Below are positions 22,570 through 32,284 of a DNA stretch of 64,000 nt, in pieces. A program made the position numbers and the translations under genes. This DNA comes from an uncultured Bacteroidota bacterium. GTDB taxonomy: Bacteria > Bacteroidota > Bacteroidia > Bacteroidales > GCA-2748055. How positions within the stretch are numbered: position 1 is the stretch's first letter; every line of letters begins with the position of its first letter. The notes beneath the pieces were generated by a model that searched no databases, was not told the DNA's origin, and saw only the letters and a program-made list of their open reading frames with translations. The stretch lies in contig CAVQUO010000021.1 in assembly GCA_963716765.1 (NCBI GenBank), positions 141,995-205,994 on the forward strand, given 5' to 3'.

Positions 22570-24630
22570 TTAGATTGGAATCCTTACACTTACGATAGTC
22601 CCCTTCGGAAGTCCATCCTCGCCCTTCAGATCTTTAATTTCAAAGTCAATCTTTATTTTTTCGAGTTTCTCAAAAATCTGTAAGGATTTTTCAATCATAT
22701 GAAGTCCACTTCCAGTCCCAAAACTCTGTAGTTCTGCTGCACTTTTCCTGCCTACACCGTTATCCTCAACCACAAGATGAAGATATGTTTCAGCCACTTC
22801 AGAATATATCCTGATCAGTCCCGGTCTGTCAGTCAGATGACGGATGCCATGCTTCACTGCGTTTTCCACAAAATTCTGGATCAGCATCTTCGGGATTTGG
22901 ATCTTTTGCTGCAAAACATCATCAAGTTCAATGCTATAATTCAGCCGATCTCCCATGCGGATCTGCTCCACCGAAAGATAATCCGCTACAAAAGCCATCT
23001 CCTCTTTCAGCGTGATGGTCATCCGTTCAGAGTTTTCCAGTGTGGTTCTCACTAAGCGTGAAACTTTGGCCAGGTAGGATTGGGCATGCTCCTGATCGCC
23101 TTTGTGATAGAAGCTCGAAATATTTGACAGGGCATTAAAAAGAAAATGGGGATCCAGCTGCTGCATCACATTGGTAAGCTGATAATGTAAGATCTGTCTT
23201 TCCGAAGCCAGGCGCTTTTCAATCCTTTTTCTTTGGAGGTTAGTGATGAAGCTAAATATCAGATAGTAAGCACAAAATGAAAATAATAGGATCAGGAAAC
23301 GGAAGGGATAGAAAGGATTCCTGGAATAGGCTAAAAGTATATTCTGATTCCCACGGTAAACGTTTATATAATGGGTATGATCCTTTGTAAATGGACTAAT
23401 TAGCGGGGAAGACTCATTGTAGCCCAAATCCAGCTCAATCCCATGTCTGAAATCAGACTGCAGTATATGGAGCTTGGAAAGATCTGTAATAAAAATATGT
23501 TCTGATAATCCATCTCCATTCACATCCATGGGATAATATATTTCCGGGTAAAAGGATCCCTCCACCGTCAGGCGGCCTTTCTCCTGTAAAGTCTCATCCA
23601 GCCAGATAATTTGATGACCGTCAGCTAAAGCAAATACCCCTTCCCTTTGTTGATCAATTGAAATCAGCTCAACTTGTTGCTCACTCAGCAACTCCTTGCA
23701 AGTGATAACCTGAAGGGAATCGTTCAGCCATTCCCAGACCTCAACCCGGTTAAATATCCCGGTCTGAGTCTTTGTGTGGTAGCAACTTACCAGGAGCTGG
23801 CGCCGGTCTTTTTTCAGAGCCAAGACTTTCAGGTAAGCAGGGCTCCCGGGGTAAGAAACAGGCTCCGACTTAAACTGCAATTTTTGATCATAGATTAAAA
23901 GCCAGGCACAGGTGTCAGAAATTATTGTCTCCTGATTTGCCAGGTTTCCCGGGGCAGATACCTTTCCTGTAATCTCCATGACACCATCCTGATCCAGATC
24001 CAGACAGAGCGGCCACGCCACATTATTGCCCAAAGTCATTTCCTGCACCATCAGCTCTTCCGTCTTCCCGTCCAGCACATAAAGTTTCCGGGGCCTTAAT
24101 GTAAATCCGGCCCGGATGCTAAAAAAGATGTCATCCCAACCATCCCCGTTCAAATCCTGGGGTGTTCCGAAATTTATAAGCCAGTCCTGATGATCATTGT
24201 ACATCTCAACCCTGTCGACCGGAATATGGAGAAAGGTTCCTTTTTTCTGCAAAGGTTCAATGAGATGTAGCCAAATGGAATCCTGAAAATAGGTCAAGGT
24301 TACGATCTCGGTAAAGCCATCATGATCGGTATCAGCAAAGAGGCCCTTGGTCGATTCAATCCAATCCCCATTCAGGTTCCACTGATTAACGATCTCTCCA
24401 TTGGCCCGCTCTAAAGTTATGGCAGGTACCGGATTCCCGTTTTTATAACGAATGATTTCACTTTCGCCATCTCCATCCATGTCCTGAAACGCCCGGGCCA
24501 CAAGCTTGAAATTAACTTTATCTCCCACAAGTTTCAGCCGGTATTTATTTGACTCAATGGGTAGCAGAATATAAAGTATGACCGCAAAGACGGCCGATAC
24601 AAGGGCAATTAAGATTTTTTCCCATTTCAT
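22570..24630 (-). CDS. LytS/YehU-type sensor histidine kinase with periplasmic FG-GAP/VCBS-like repeats
   Basis: QQLDPHFLFNAL H-box, LKEE..FV..YL..EQ.R, IPKMLIQNFVENAVKHG, EDNGVG, GTGSGL; DMDGDG/DLNGDG/DLDQDG/DVNGDG Ca-binding motifs. Confidence 0.92.
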   Translation of the reverse strand: MKWEKILIALVSAVFAVILYILLPIESNKYRLKLVGDKVNFKLVARAFQDMDGDGESEIIRYKNGNPVPAITLERANGEIVNQWNLNGDWIESTKGLFADTDHDGFTEIVTLTYFQDSIWLHLIEPLQKKGTFLHIPVDRVEMYNDHQDWLINFGTPQDLNGDGWDDIFFSIRAGFTLRPRKLYVLDGKTEELMVQEMTLGNNVAWPLCLDLDQDGVMEITGKVSAPGNLANQETIISDTCAWLLIYDQKLQFKSEPVSYPGSPAYLKVLALKKDRRQLLVSCYHTKTQTGIFNRVEVWEWLNDSLQVITCKELLSEQQVELISIDQQREGVFALADGHQIIWLDETLQEKGRLTVEGSFYPEIYYPMDVNGDGLSEHIFITDLSKLHILQSDFRHGIELDLGYNESSPLISPFTKDHTHYINVYRGNQNILLAYSRNPFYPFRFLILLFSFCAYYLIFSFITNLQRKRIEKRLASERQILHYQLTNVMQQLDPHFLFNALSNISSFYHKGDQEHAQSYLAKVSRLVRTTLENSERMTITLKEEMAFVADYLSVEQIRMGDRLNYSIELDDVLQQKIQIPKMLIQNFVENAVKHGIRHLTDRPGLIRIYSEVAETYLHLVVEDNGVGRKSAAELQSFGTGSGLHMIEKSLQIFEKLEKIKIDFEIKDLKGEDGLPKGTIVSVRIPI

Positions 24631-24666
24631 ATATCAGGATCAGGGTTTGAAGATAACAATTATCAT

Positions 24667-24674
24667 TACTTTTG
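24667..24674 (+). promoter_or_regulatory. putative Bacteroidota -7 promoter element TACTTTTG
   Basis: Matches TAnnTTTG ~27 nt upstream of the M28 peptidase ATG. Confidence 0.45.
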
Positions 24675-24700
24675 GGCCTTATTCCAAAACCCTCATCAGA

Positions 24701-26161
24701 ATGCAAAAAAGGTTCATCCTCCTGGCCGTCGTCTTTGTAATGGCAGCAAATCTTTCAGCCCAATTCACCACCTCCTCCGAACAAGTAAAAGAACATGTCT
24801 TTGTCCTTGCCTCCGATTCCTTACTGGGAAGAGGATTCGGCACCCCCCAGGGTCTCAAGGCAGCCCATTATATTGCTGAGCAGTTTGCACTGGCGGGAAT
24901 TGAACCCCTGGATGGAGCATATCTGCATCCATTTAACCACAGGGAAGGCATCCTTAATATTCCCGGTAACAATGTGGTGGGAGTGGTCCGGGGAAACAAG
25001 CCTGAATTGAAAGATGAGTATATCATTCTGGGGGCTCATTACGATCATCTGGGTTGGAAAATCGTAAATGGCGACACCGTGGTATACAACGGGGCCGATG
25101 ACAATGCAAGTGGCTCCTCCTCCATCATAGAAATCGGAAGAAACCTGGTTGAAAGAAAAGAAGAACTGGGTAGAAGTGTAATCCTTGTGGCCTTTGATGG
25201 TGAGGAGAGTGGTCTGATCGGTTCAAAGCATTTCCTGAGCGACTCAACGGTACTGCCACACCAGGTCAGCCTGATGTTCAGCCTGGATATGATTGGAATG
25301 CTTGAGGCGCATAAGGGACTGTATATGAAAGGAGTTACTCTCCTGGATGATTCCGACTATCTTATCGAGGCACTGGCCAAAAAATATAAATTGACCATCA
25401 CCAAAGCCAACAGCAAGATTGAGCAACGCACCGACACAGCACCCTTTGGAGAAATGGGAATTCCGGCCATCGCGCCTAATACAGGGAGTGAATCGCCCTA
25501 TCACAAACCCCAGGACACCTCCGAGAAGCTCGATTACGAGGGAATGGCTCAGGTGGTCAATTACATGAGCGAGGCCACCCTCTTCCTTTCTACCCGGGAG
25601 ACACTTTCCAAAATGCCTCCCCTGGTGGCAGGGGAACCTGTAGCTCATCAGTTAAAGGTATTCCAGGCTGGGGTCAGGCTGAATATGGGATCGGGGAACC
25701 ACCTTTATAAGGACCAGTTTTATCATGGCAAGGATATTTTTGCCATCAGCGCAGGGGTACTGGCAAATATCAGGCTTTCGGGCCATTTCAAGCTCCAGCC
25801 CGAGGTGCTTTACGAAATTACCGGAAGTCAGCACAACAACGGGGTGTTCCGCTCACATTCCATCACCACTCCATTAAGCTTCCAGATGCTCTCAAGCGAA
25901 GACAGTTATGTACGTACCTTCGCCCAGGTGGGCGGATTCTACAGCCATCACTTTGGTGGCAATATATCCGGTACACCCATCGATTTTGACAACAGCTACA
26001 ACAGAAATGAGTTTGGCATTTCTTTCGGAGCCGGGCTGGAAGTGATGAAGATGGTACAACTGGGCATCTATTACCAGAAAGGTCTCACAGATCTGAATCA
26101 GCTTCCAGATAATCGTATGATGCAAGAAACCATCTATTTCCAAATGGGATTCATGTTCTAG
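24701..26161 (+). CDS. M28 family peptidase with C-terminal outer-membrane beta-barrel-like domain
   Basis: Signal peptide, GAHYDHLG, YNGADDNASG, FDGEESGLIGS, YHKPQD; C-terminal LQPEVLY...FGISFGAGL...YQKGLT...FQMGFMF. Confidence 0.88.
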   Translation: MQKRFILLAVVFVMAANLSAQFTTSSEQVKEHVFVLASDSLLGRGFGTPQGLKAAHYIAEQFALAGIEPLDGAYLHPFNHREGILNIPGNNVVGVVRGNKPELKDEYIILGAHYDHLGWKIVNGDTVVYNGADDNASGSSSIIEIGRNLVERKEELGRSVILVAFDGEESGLIGSKHFLSDSTVLPHQVSLMFSLDMIGMLEAHKGLYMKGVTLLDDSDYLIEALAKKYKLTITKANSKIEQRTDTAPFGEMGIPAIAPNTGSESPYHKPQDTSEKLDYEGMAQVVNYMSEATLFLSTRETLSKMPPLVAGEPVAHQLKVFQAGVRLNMGSGNHLYKDQFYHGKDIFAISAGVLANIRLSGHFKLQPEVLYEITGSQHNNGVFRSHSITTPLSFQMLSSEDSYVRTFAQVGGFYSHHFGGNISGTPIDFDNSYNRNEFGISFGAGLEVMKMVQLGIYYQKGLTDLNQLPDNRMMQETIYFQMGFMF

Positions 26162-26246
26162 GGAAAACAATTATTTAAATCCAGAATAAATAGACGAGAA
26201 TTTTCAATAATATGATCTTCAGCAAGTGAGAATCATTCAACATGAA

Positions 26247-26254
26247 TAATTTTG
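26247..26254 (+). promoter_or_regulatory. putative -7 promoter element TAATTTTG for the rseC-rnf operon
   Basis: TAnnTTTG consensus immediately upstream of ATG 26259. Confidence 0.5.
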
Positions 26255-26258
26255 TGCC

Positions 26259-26675
26259 ATGATTGACCACGACGGGATAATAGAACATATTGACGGGGAT
26301 GTGGCACACGTGAAGATCAACAGCCAGTCAGCATGTGCTGCCTGTCATGCAAAGGGTGCCTGCAGTGCGGCCGATCAGGAAGAGAAGATGCTGGATGTAC
26401 CCTTAAATGGCCAATCCTTTTCCGCTGGGGAAGTTGTCAGAGTTCTGGTGGCTCAGCGAATGGGATTCAAGGCAGTGGCACTGGGCTATTTCTACCCCTT
26501 TCTTCTGCTTATGGCCGTCCTGATCATCATGATTGTTGCGGGAGTCGGAGAATTAAAGGCCGGTCTGATTGCCTTGCTCTCTCTGATCCCGTATTACCTG
26601 GGCCTCTATCTGGCCAGGAAACGGATTGAGTCTTCTTTTACATTCAGCATACAGAAAATTTTAACGGTGAAATGA
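26259..26675 (+). CDS. rseC: SoxR-reducing system RseC/MucC family protein
   Basis: IDHDGII...SACAACHAKGAC motif plus two C-terminal TMs; precedes rnfB as in Bacteroidales. Confidence 0.88.
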   Translation: MIDHDGIIEHIDGDVAHVKINSQSACAACHAKGACSAADQEEKMLDVPLNGQSFSAGEVVRVLVAQRMGFKAVALGYFYPFLLLMAVLIIMIVAGVGELKAGLIALLSLIPYYLGLYLARKRIESSFTFSIQKILTVK

Positions 26676-27538
26676 GCCAGATCATTCTATTTACAGTTAT
26701 CACACTGGTCGCCATTGGAGCTGCTGCAGCAATCATCCTTTATTTGGTGGCACAAAAGTTCAAGGTTTTTGAAGACCCCCGCATCGACCAGGTGGAAGAG
26801 GCACTTCCTGCTGCCAACTGTGGCGGATGTGGATTCCCCGGCTGCAGAAACTTTGCTGAAACCCTGGTTAAATCAGAAAGCTGGGATGGCCTTTTCTGCC
26901 CGGTGGGGGGAAATGATGTCATGACAAACGTTGCTTCCATTCTGGGTAAGGAAGCCATCGAACAGGCACCAAAAGTTGCGGTGGTACGCTGTAACGGCAC
27001 ACCCGAACACCGTCCCAGGCTTAATGTATACAACGGAGCGCCCACCTGTGCCATCGTCCACAACCTCTACATGGGCGAGAGCGGATGTCCAAATGGTTGC
27101 CTGGGCTGTGGCGATTGCGTGGCTGTGTGCGATTTTGACGCCATCCATATGAACCCGACCACTGATCTGCCCGTGGTGATCACCGATAAATGTACAGCCT
27201 GCGGTGCCTGCGTGGATGCCTGCCCCAGGGACATCATTGAGCTGCGCAAATTGAACAAGAAGGATAGAAAAATATTTGTGAGCTGCATCAACATTGAAAA
27301 AGGGGCTGTAGCTAAAAAGAATTGCAGTGTGGCATGTATCGGCTGTTCCAAATGCTTTAAGGTTTGCCCCTATGAAGCCATCACCATGGATAAGAACCTT
27401 GCCTTTATCGATGCCGACAAATGCAAGCTCTGCCGAAAATGTGTGCCGGAGTGTCCCACAGGGGCCATCCTTGAGCTAAACTTCCCGCCTCCAAGGACGA
27501 CCGAGATAACAGAACCCGCTGAAGCAGAAACAAAATAG
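26672..27538 (+). CDS. rnfB: Rnf electron transport complex subunit B
   Basis: LPAANCGGCGFPGC, several CxxCxxCxxxCP ferredoxin motifs. Confidence 0.95.
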   Translation: MSQIILFTVITLVAIGAAAAIILYLVAQKFKVFEDPRIDQVEEALPAANCGGCGFPGCRNFAETLVKSESWDGLFCPVGGNDVMTNVASILGKEAIEQAPKVAVVRCNGTPEHRPRLNVYNGAPTCAIVHNLYMGESGCPNGCLGCGDCVAVCDFDAIHMNPTTDLPVVITDKCTACGACVDACPRDIIELRKLNKKDRKIFVSCINIEKGAVAKKNCSVACIGCSKCFKVCPYEAITMDKNLAFIDADKCKLCRKCVPECPTGAILELNFPPPRTTEITEPAEAETK

Positions 27539-27545
27539 CAATACG

Positions 27546-28880
27546 ATGAGTCTTAAAACATTCTCAAGGGGTGGGGTTCATCCTCCGGAAAACAAGTTAT
27601 CATCCGGTAGCGCCATCCAGCAAATCCCTCTTCCGGAAGTGGTTGTAATACCTGTATCCCAGCACCTGGGTGCCCCCTCTAAAGTTCTGGTCGCCAAAGG
27701 CGACGAAGTAAAGGTTGGTCAACTTATCGCACAGGCTGAAGGATTTATCTCCACCAACATACACTCTTCGGTATCCGGCAAGGTCTTAAAAGTGGATCTT
27801 TTCCCCGACAGCTCGGGTTATCGCAGAATGGCCGTCCAGATCCAGGTGGAGGGTGACATCTGGATGGAAGATATTGACCGCTCGGAAGACCTGGTAAAGA
27901 ATACAGTTCTGGATCAGGGCGACATCCGCAAGAAAATGCTTGAGGCGGGGATCGTGGGTCTTGGAGGTGCCACCTTCCCGTCACATGTCAAGCTGATGGT
28001 TCCCAATGGGAAAACCGCCGAATACCTGATTATCAACGGTGTAGAGTGCGAACCCTATCTCACCGCCGATGAAATGCTGATGCTGGAGAACCCCGAGGAA
28101 TTACTTGCAGGCATCAGGTTGCTGATGAGGGGCCTGGGTGTGGAAAAAGCCATCCTGGGGATTGAGAATAACAAGCCCGAAGCCATCAGAAAGATGAAAG
28201 AGGTCACCAGGGGAACAGACGTTCAGGTTCAGGGTCTAAAGGTGATGTATCCACAGGGGGGAGAAAAGCAACTGGTGCAGGCACTACTCAAAAGAGAGGT
28301 TCCCTCGGGTGGACTCCCCATCGATGTTGGAGTGGTTGTTTTTAACGTTGGAACTGCCTATGCTACCTATATGGCTGTAATGAAAAATCGTCCTCTGATC
28401 GAGAGGGTCGTTACGGTAACGGGTAAGTCACTGGAGAAGCCCTCCAACTTCCTTGTCCGGATCGGAACTCCTGTCTCCTACCTGATCGAACAGGCCGGAG
28501 GATTGCCCCAGGATACCGCCAAAGTAATCAATGGAGGTCCTATGATGGGCAAGGCCCTTTCACAACTCGAAGTACCGGTGGTGAAAGGAAGTTCCGGAAT
28601 TGTAATTGTAAGGGAAGAGGAAGCTAGGCGGAAAGAAACCTTACCCTGCATCAGGTGTACCAGATGCGTAGGGGTTTGTCCCATGGGGCTGGAGCCCTAC
28701 CTCCTGATGACCCAATCTGAGAAAGGATTATTTGAGCGGATGGAGAAGGAGAAAGTAATGGACTGCATTGAGTGTGGCAGTTGCTCATATACCTGCCCCT
28801 CAGCAAGGCCTTTACTCGATTACATAAGACTGGGAAAAGCTGAGCTAGGAAAAATCATGCGTGCCAGAAAAGCTGTTTAA
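27546..28880 (+). CDS. rnfC: Rnf complex subunit C
   Basis: GGVHP, AGIVGLGGATFP, NGVECEPYLT, YPQGGEKQL, GGPMMG, two 4Fe-4S motifs. Confidence 0.97.
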   Translation: MSLKTFSRGGVHPPENKLSSGSAIQQIPLPEVVVIPVSQHLGAPSKVLVAKGDEVKVGQLIAQAEGFISTNIHSSVSGKVLKVDLFPDSSGYRRMAVQIQVEGDIWMEDIDRSEDLVKNTVLDQGDIRKKMLEAGIVGLGGATFPSHVKLMVPNGKTAEYLIINGVECEPYLTADEMLMLENPEELLAGIRLLMRGLGVEKAILGIENNKPEAIRKMKEVTRGTDVQVQGLKVMYPQGGEKQLVQALLKREVPSGGLPIDVGVVVFNVGTAYATYMAVMKNRPLIERVVTVTGKSLEKPSNFLVRIGTPVSYLIEQAGGLPQDTAKVINGGPMMGKALSQLEVPVVKGSSGIVIVREEEARRKETLPCIRCTRCVGVCPMGLEPYLLMTQSEKGLFERMEKEKVMDCIECGSCSYTCPSARPLLDYIRLGKAELGKIMRARKAV

Positions 28881-28905
28881 GAAGAATCTTGAAAATTTAT
28901 ATCCA

Positions 28906-29898
28906 ATGAATAAGCTCATTGTATCACCTTCACCCCATGCTGCGACCAGGGAATCGGTCCCATCGCTCATGTACGGGGTGATCATCTCCCTGTTGCCTGC
29001 ACTGGGGGTTTCGGTGTTCTATTTCGGGATCGGGATGGTGATTGTCACCGTCGTATCGGTCATCTCCTGCATCCTCTTCGAATACCTGATTCAGATCTTT
29101 GTGATGAAGGTCAAAGCCACCCACCTGGATGGCTCCGCTCTCCTGACGGGTCTGCTGCTGGCCTTCTGTCTTCCGGCCAACCTTCCCATATGGATTGTGA
29201 TGATCGGGGCACTTGTGGCCATTGGGGTTGGGAAGATGACTTTTGGTGGCCTGGGAAATAATATTTTTAATCCGGCTCTGGTGGGCAGGGTATTCCTCTT
29301 TGTTTCCTTCCCGGTGGCAATGACTTCCTGGCCTCAAACAGGACAGCTGCTGAAATACACCGATGCCCTAACCGGAGCCACTCCCCTGGGAATGATGAAA
29401 GAAGGTCTGGCCACCAAAACCGTGAGTGAAATGATGCCTGAAGTTCCATCCTTTCTGAATCTCTTTCTGGGAAATACCATGGGATCGGCAGGTGAGGTGG
29501 CAGCTTTTGCACTGCTCATCGGGATGATCTACCTGCTCTTTAAAAAGATCATCACCTGGCACATTCCCATATCCATACTGGGTACTGTATTTTTATTCAC
29601 CGGCATTCTCTGGATGGCTAATCCCGACCGTTTTGCCGATCCTTTGTTCCACTTGCTTACCGGTGGGCTAATGCTTGGAGCCATTTATATGGCCACCGAC
29701 TATGTGACCTCGCCCATGACCACCAAAGGAATGCTGATTTACGGAGTGGGAATTGGGGTTGTTACCGTGCTGATCCGTGTTTTTGGAGCTTACCCCGAGG
29801 GAGTTCAGTTTGCCATCCTCATCTTCAATGGATTTGTCCCGCTCTTGAATAAGTACATCAAACCCAAACGATTTGGAAAGGAGGTGAGTCATGGCTAA
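28906..29898 (+). CDS. rnfD: Rnf complex subunit D
   Basis: SPSPH, FGGLGNNIFNPA, DALTGATPL (FMN site), MATDYVTSP. Confidence 0.97.
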   Translation: MNKLIVSPSPHAATRESVPSLMYGVIISLLPALGVSVFYFGIGMVIVTVVSVISCILFEYLIQIFVMKVKATHLDGSALLTGLLLAFCLPANLPIWIVMIGALVAIGVGKMTFGGLGNNIFNPALVGRVFLFVSFPVAMTSWPQTGQLLKYTDALTGATPLGMMKEGLATKTVSEMMPEVPSFLNLFLGNTMGSAGEVAAFALLIGMIYLLFKKIITWHIPISILGTVFLFTGILWMANPDRFADPLFHLLTGGLMLGAIYMATDYVTSPMTTKGMLIYGVGIGVVTVLIRVFGAYPEGVQFAILIFNGFVPLLNKYIKPKRFGKEVSHG

Positions 29899-30466
29899 AA
29901 CAGAATCCACTTTCATTAACATGACCGCCACCCTTGTTGTGATTACCCTGGTTGCAGCAGGACTGCTGGGAACTGTATTTGCCCTCACCAAGGAGCCCAT
30001 CAGGCTTGCCGAGCTGGCAAAGAAAAATGAAGCGATTTCCATCGTTGTACCAGGCTTTGACAATGAACCCTCACAGGAGGTTCAGAGGGTATTCCTGGAT
30101 GGAGACTCCCTCTTTCTTTATACGGCCAGGAAGGGAGATGAGGTATTGGGAACAGCAGTGGAGACTTTCACCAACAAGGGATTCAGCGGGAACTTCAAAC
30201 TGATGGTAGGATTTGATACCACAGGGAGCATTATTGACATAGCAGTGATCAGTCACGCTGAAACTCCGGGACTTGGGAATAAGATGGAACAGGATAAATC
30301 GGATTTTCATGTTCAGTTTATGGGAAAAGATCCCTTAAACTTTAACCTGGCGGTGAAGAAGGACCGGGGCGATGTGGATGCCATCACCGCCTCCACCATT
30401 ACCTCCCGTGCCTATTGTGATGCCGTCGAACGCGCTTACACTGCATTTAAAGGATTGAATCAATGA
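29891..30466 (+). CDS. rnfG: Rnf complex subunit G
   Basis: HAETPGLG, VDAITASTITS FMN-attachment motif. Confidence 0.95.
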   Translation: MAKTESTFINMTATLVVITLVAAGLLGTVFALTKEPIRLAELAKKNEAISIVVPGFDNEPSQEVQRVFLDGDSLFLYTARKGDEVLGTAVETFTNKGFSGNFKLMVGFDTTGSIIDIAVISHAETPGLGNKMEQDKSDFHVQFMGKDPLNFNLAVKKDRGDVDAITASTITSRAYCDAVERAYTAFKGLNQ

Positions 30467-30503
30467 GCTTTCGACTTTACAGACTTTATGACTTTATAGA
30501 CTA
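30467..30503. repeat. short GACTTT-based intergenic repeat array
   Basis: gctttcGACTTTacaGACTTTatGACTTTataGACT between rnfG and rnfE; same core as the 39176-39445 arrays. Confidence 0.6.
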
Positions 30504-30508
30504 AGTAT

Positions 30509-31096
30509 ATGAATCAGTGGAAAAACTTCAGTAAAGGATTAATAAAAGAGAATGCGGTTTTCGTATTGATCCTTGGAATGTGCCCCACTCTTGGGGTCAC
30601 CACCTCGGCCGTTAACGGCCTGGGAATGGGACTGGCCACTACCTTTGTGCTGGTGATGTCAAACCTTGTGGTCTCGCTGGTTAAGAATCTGATCCCGGAT
30701 AAGGTGCGGATTCCTGCCTTTATTGTAATCATTGCGGCCTTTGTAACGGTGGTTGAGCTGGTGATGAAAGGTTATGTGCCATCCCTGTTTGATGCACTGG
30801 GGCTTTTTATCCCACTGATCGTGGTCAACTGTTTGGTTTTAGGAAGGGCCGAAGCATTTGCCTCTAAAAACACAGTATGGTCCTCCATAGTGGACGGAGC
30901 CGGAATGGGCGTGGGATTCACTATGGCACTCACCATCCTGGGAGCTGTCAGGGAACTCCTTGGTAGCGGGGCATTTTTCGGAATGAAGCTGATCAGCGGA
31001 GATGGCCTGCTTCTATTTATACTGCCCCCGGGTGCCTTTCTTGCCCTGGGTTACCTGATTGTTCTTTCTAATATGATAAAAGAAAAAACCACCTGA
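30509..31096 (+). CDS. rnfE: Rnf complex subunit E
   Basis: LGMCPTLGVT, IPLIVVNC, GRAEAFA, LPPGAF. Confidence 0.96.
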   Translation: MNQWKNFSKGLIKENAVFVLILGMCPTLGVTTSAVNGLGMGLATTFVLVMSNLVVSLVKNLIPDKVRIPAFIVIIAAFVTVVELVMKGYVPSLFDALGLFIPLIVVNCLVLGRAEAFASKNTVWSSIVDGAGMGVGFTMALTILGAVRELLGSGAFFGMKLISGDGLLLFILPPGAFLALGYLIVLSNMIKEKTT

Positions 31097-31098
31097 TC

Positions 31099-31671
31099 AT
31101 GGAATACATTCTGATCATCATCGCCGCTGTATTTGTCAGCAACATTGTATTGAACCAGTTCCTGGGTATCTGCCCTTTCATCGGGGTATCCAGCAAAGTG
31201 GAAACTGCCATCGGGATGACCGGCGCAGTGACCTTTGTCATGGTTATTGCGACCCTGGTTACCTACCTGATCTACTACTCGGTACTGGTACCCCTGGATA
31301 TTGTCTATATGCGCACCATCACCTTCATCCTGGTGATTGCCTCCCTGGTACAGCTTGTGGAGATTATCCTGAAAAAAATCTCCCCTCCCCTATACCAGGC
31401 CTTGGGAATCTTCCTGCCGCTGATTACCACAAACTGCGCCGTTTTGGGTGTGGCAGTTCTGGCGGTCCAGAAAGATTTCACCCTCCTGGAAAGCACCGTT
31501 TACGCCATCGGAAACGCCCTGGGCTTTGGACTGGCCCTGATTACCTTCTCAGGAATTCGTGAACAGCTCGACCTGCTCAACATTCCCAAAAAGATGAAGG
31601 GGGTTCCCATTGCCTTCATCGTGGCCGGACTCATGGCCCTGGCCTTCATGGGATTTGCGGGGATTGTTTAG
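31099..31671 (+). CDS. rnfA: Rnf complex subunit A
   Basis: FLGICPFIGVS, LGIFLPLITTNCAVLG. Confidence 0.96.
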   Translation: MEYILIIIAAVFVSNIVLNQFLGICPFIGVSSKVETAIGMTGAVTFVMVIATLVTYLIYYSVLVPLDIVYMRTITFILVIASLVQLVEIILKKISPPLYQALGIFLPLITTNCAVLGVAVLAVQKDFTLLESTVYAIGNALGFGLALITFSGIREQLDLLNIPKKMKGVPIAFIVAGLMALAFMGFAGIV

Positions 31672-31735
31672 CGATTTGTCAAAAAAACGAGGCCCTTTCT
31701 TCGATCTTAATATTGTCAACACATTAATAGAATAA

Positions 31736-32284
31736 ATGTGTCGACTTATGATATCATCCTTCCTGGTTTCCGATGAAATAATCCTGAACACTATTCACCT
31801 TATAAGGGGAAGGCGAATTATGTTCGATTTTGACCTGGCCAACCTTTATGAAGTAGAAACAAAACAACTAAAAAGGGCCGTCAGAAGAAATCAAGTGCGA
31901 TTTCCGGATGATTTTATGTTTGAACTATCAAAGAAAGAGGTGGAAAACTTGAGGTGCCAGATTGGCACCTCAAGCTGGGGTGGGAGCAGATATCCACCCA
32001 TGGCCTTTCCCGAATTTGGAGTAGTTATGTTAGCCAGTGTTTTAAGAAGCAAGAGAGCTATACAAATTAACATACAGATAGTTCGGATCTTTTCAAAAAT
32101 GCGAGATCTGCTAACTTCTGATATGGATGTCATAAAAAAACTTGAGGTATTTAAATCCCAGCTTACAAGGCATGACAAACAAATCCTTGTTATCTTTAAA
32201 TATCTTCAACAGTTGGAAGAGGATAAAAAGATGAGGGAGAGTGAACAAAACAGAGAGCCCATTGGATTCAAAAGAAATCATTGA
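31736..32284 (+). CDS. ORF6N domain-containing DNA-binding protein
   Basis: IRG.RIMFD.DLA.LYEVETKQLKRAVRRN..RFPDDFMFELS..E...LRCQIGTSSWGG.RY.PMAF.E.GV.ML.SVL.S..AI..NIQI.RIF; ends PIGF. Confidence 0.92.
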   Translation: MCRLMISSFLVSDEIILNTIHLIRGRRIMFDFDLANLYEVETKQLKRAVRRNQVRFPDDFMFELSKKEVENLRCQIGTSSWGGSRYPPMAFPEFGVVMLASVLRSKRAIQINIQIVRIFSKMRDLLTSDMDVIKKLEVFKSQLTRHDKQILVIFKYLQQLEEDKKMRESEQNREPIGFKRNH

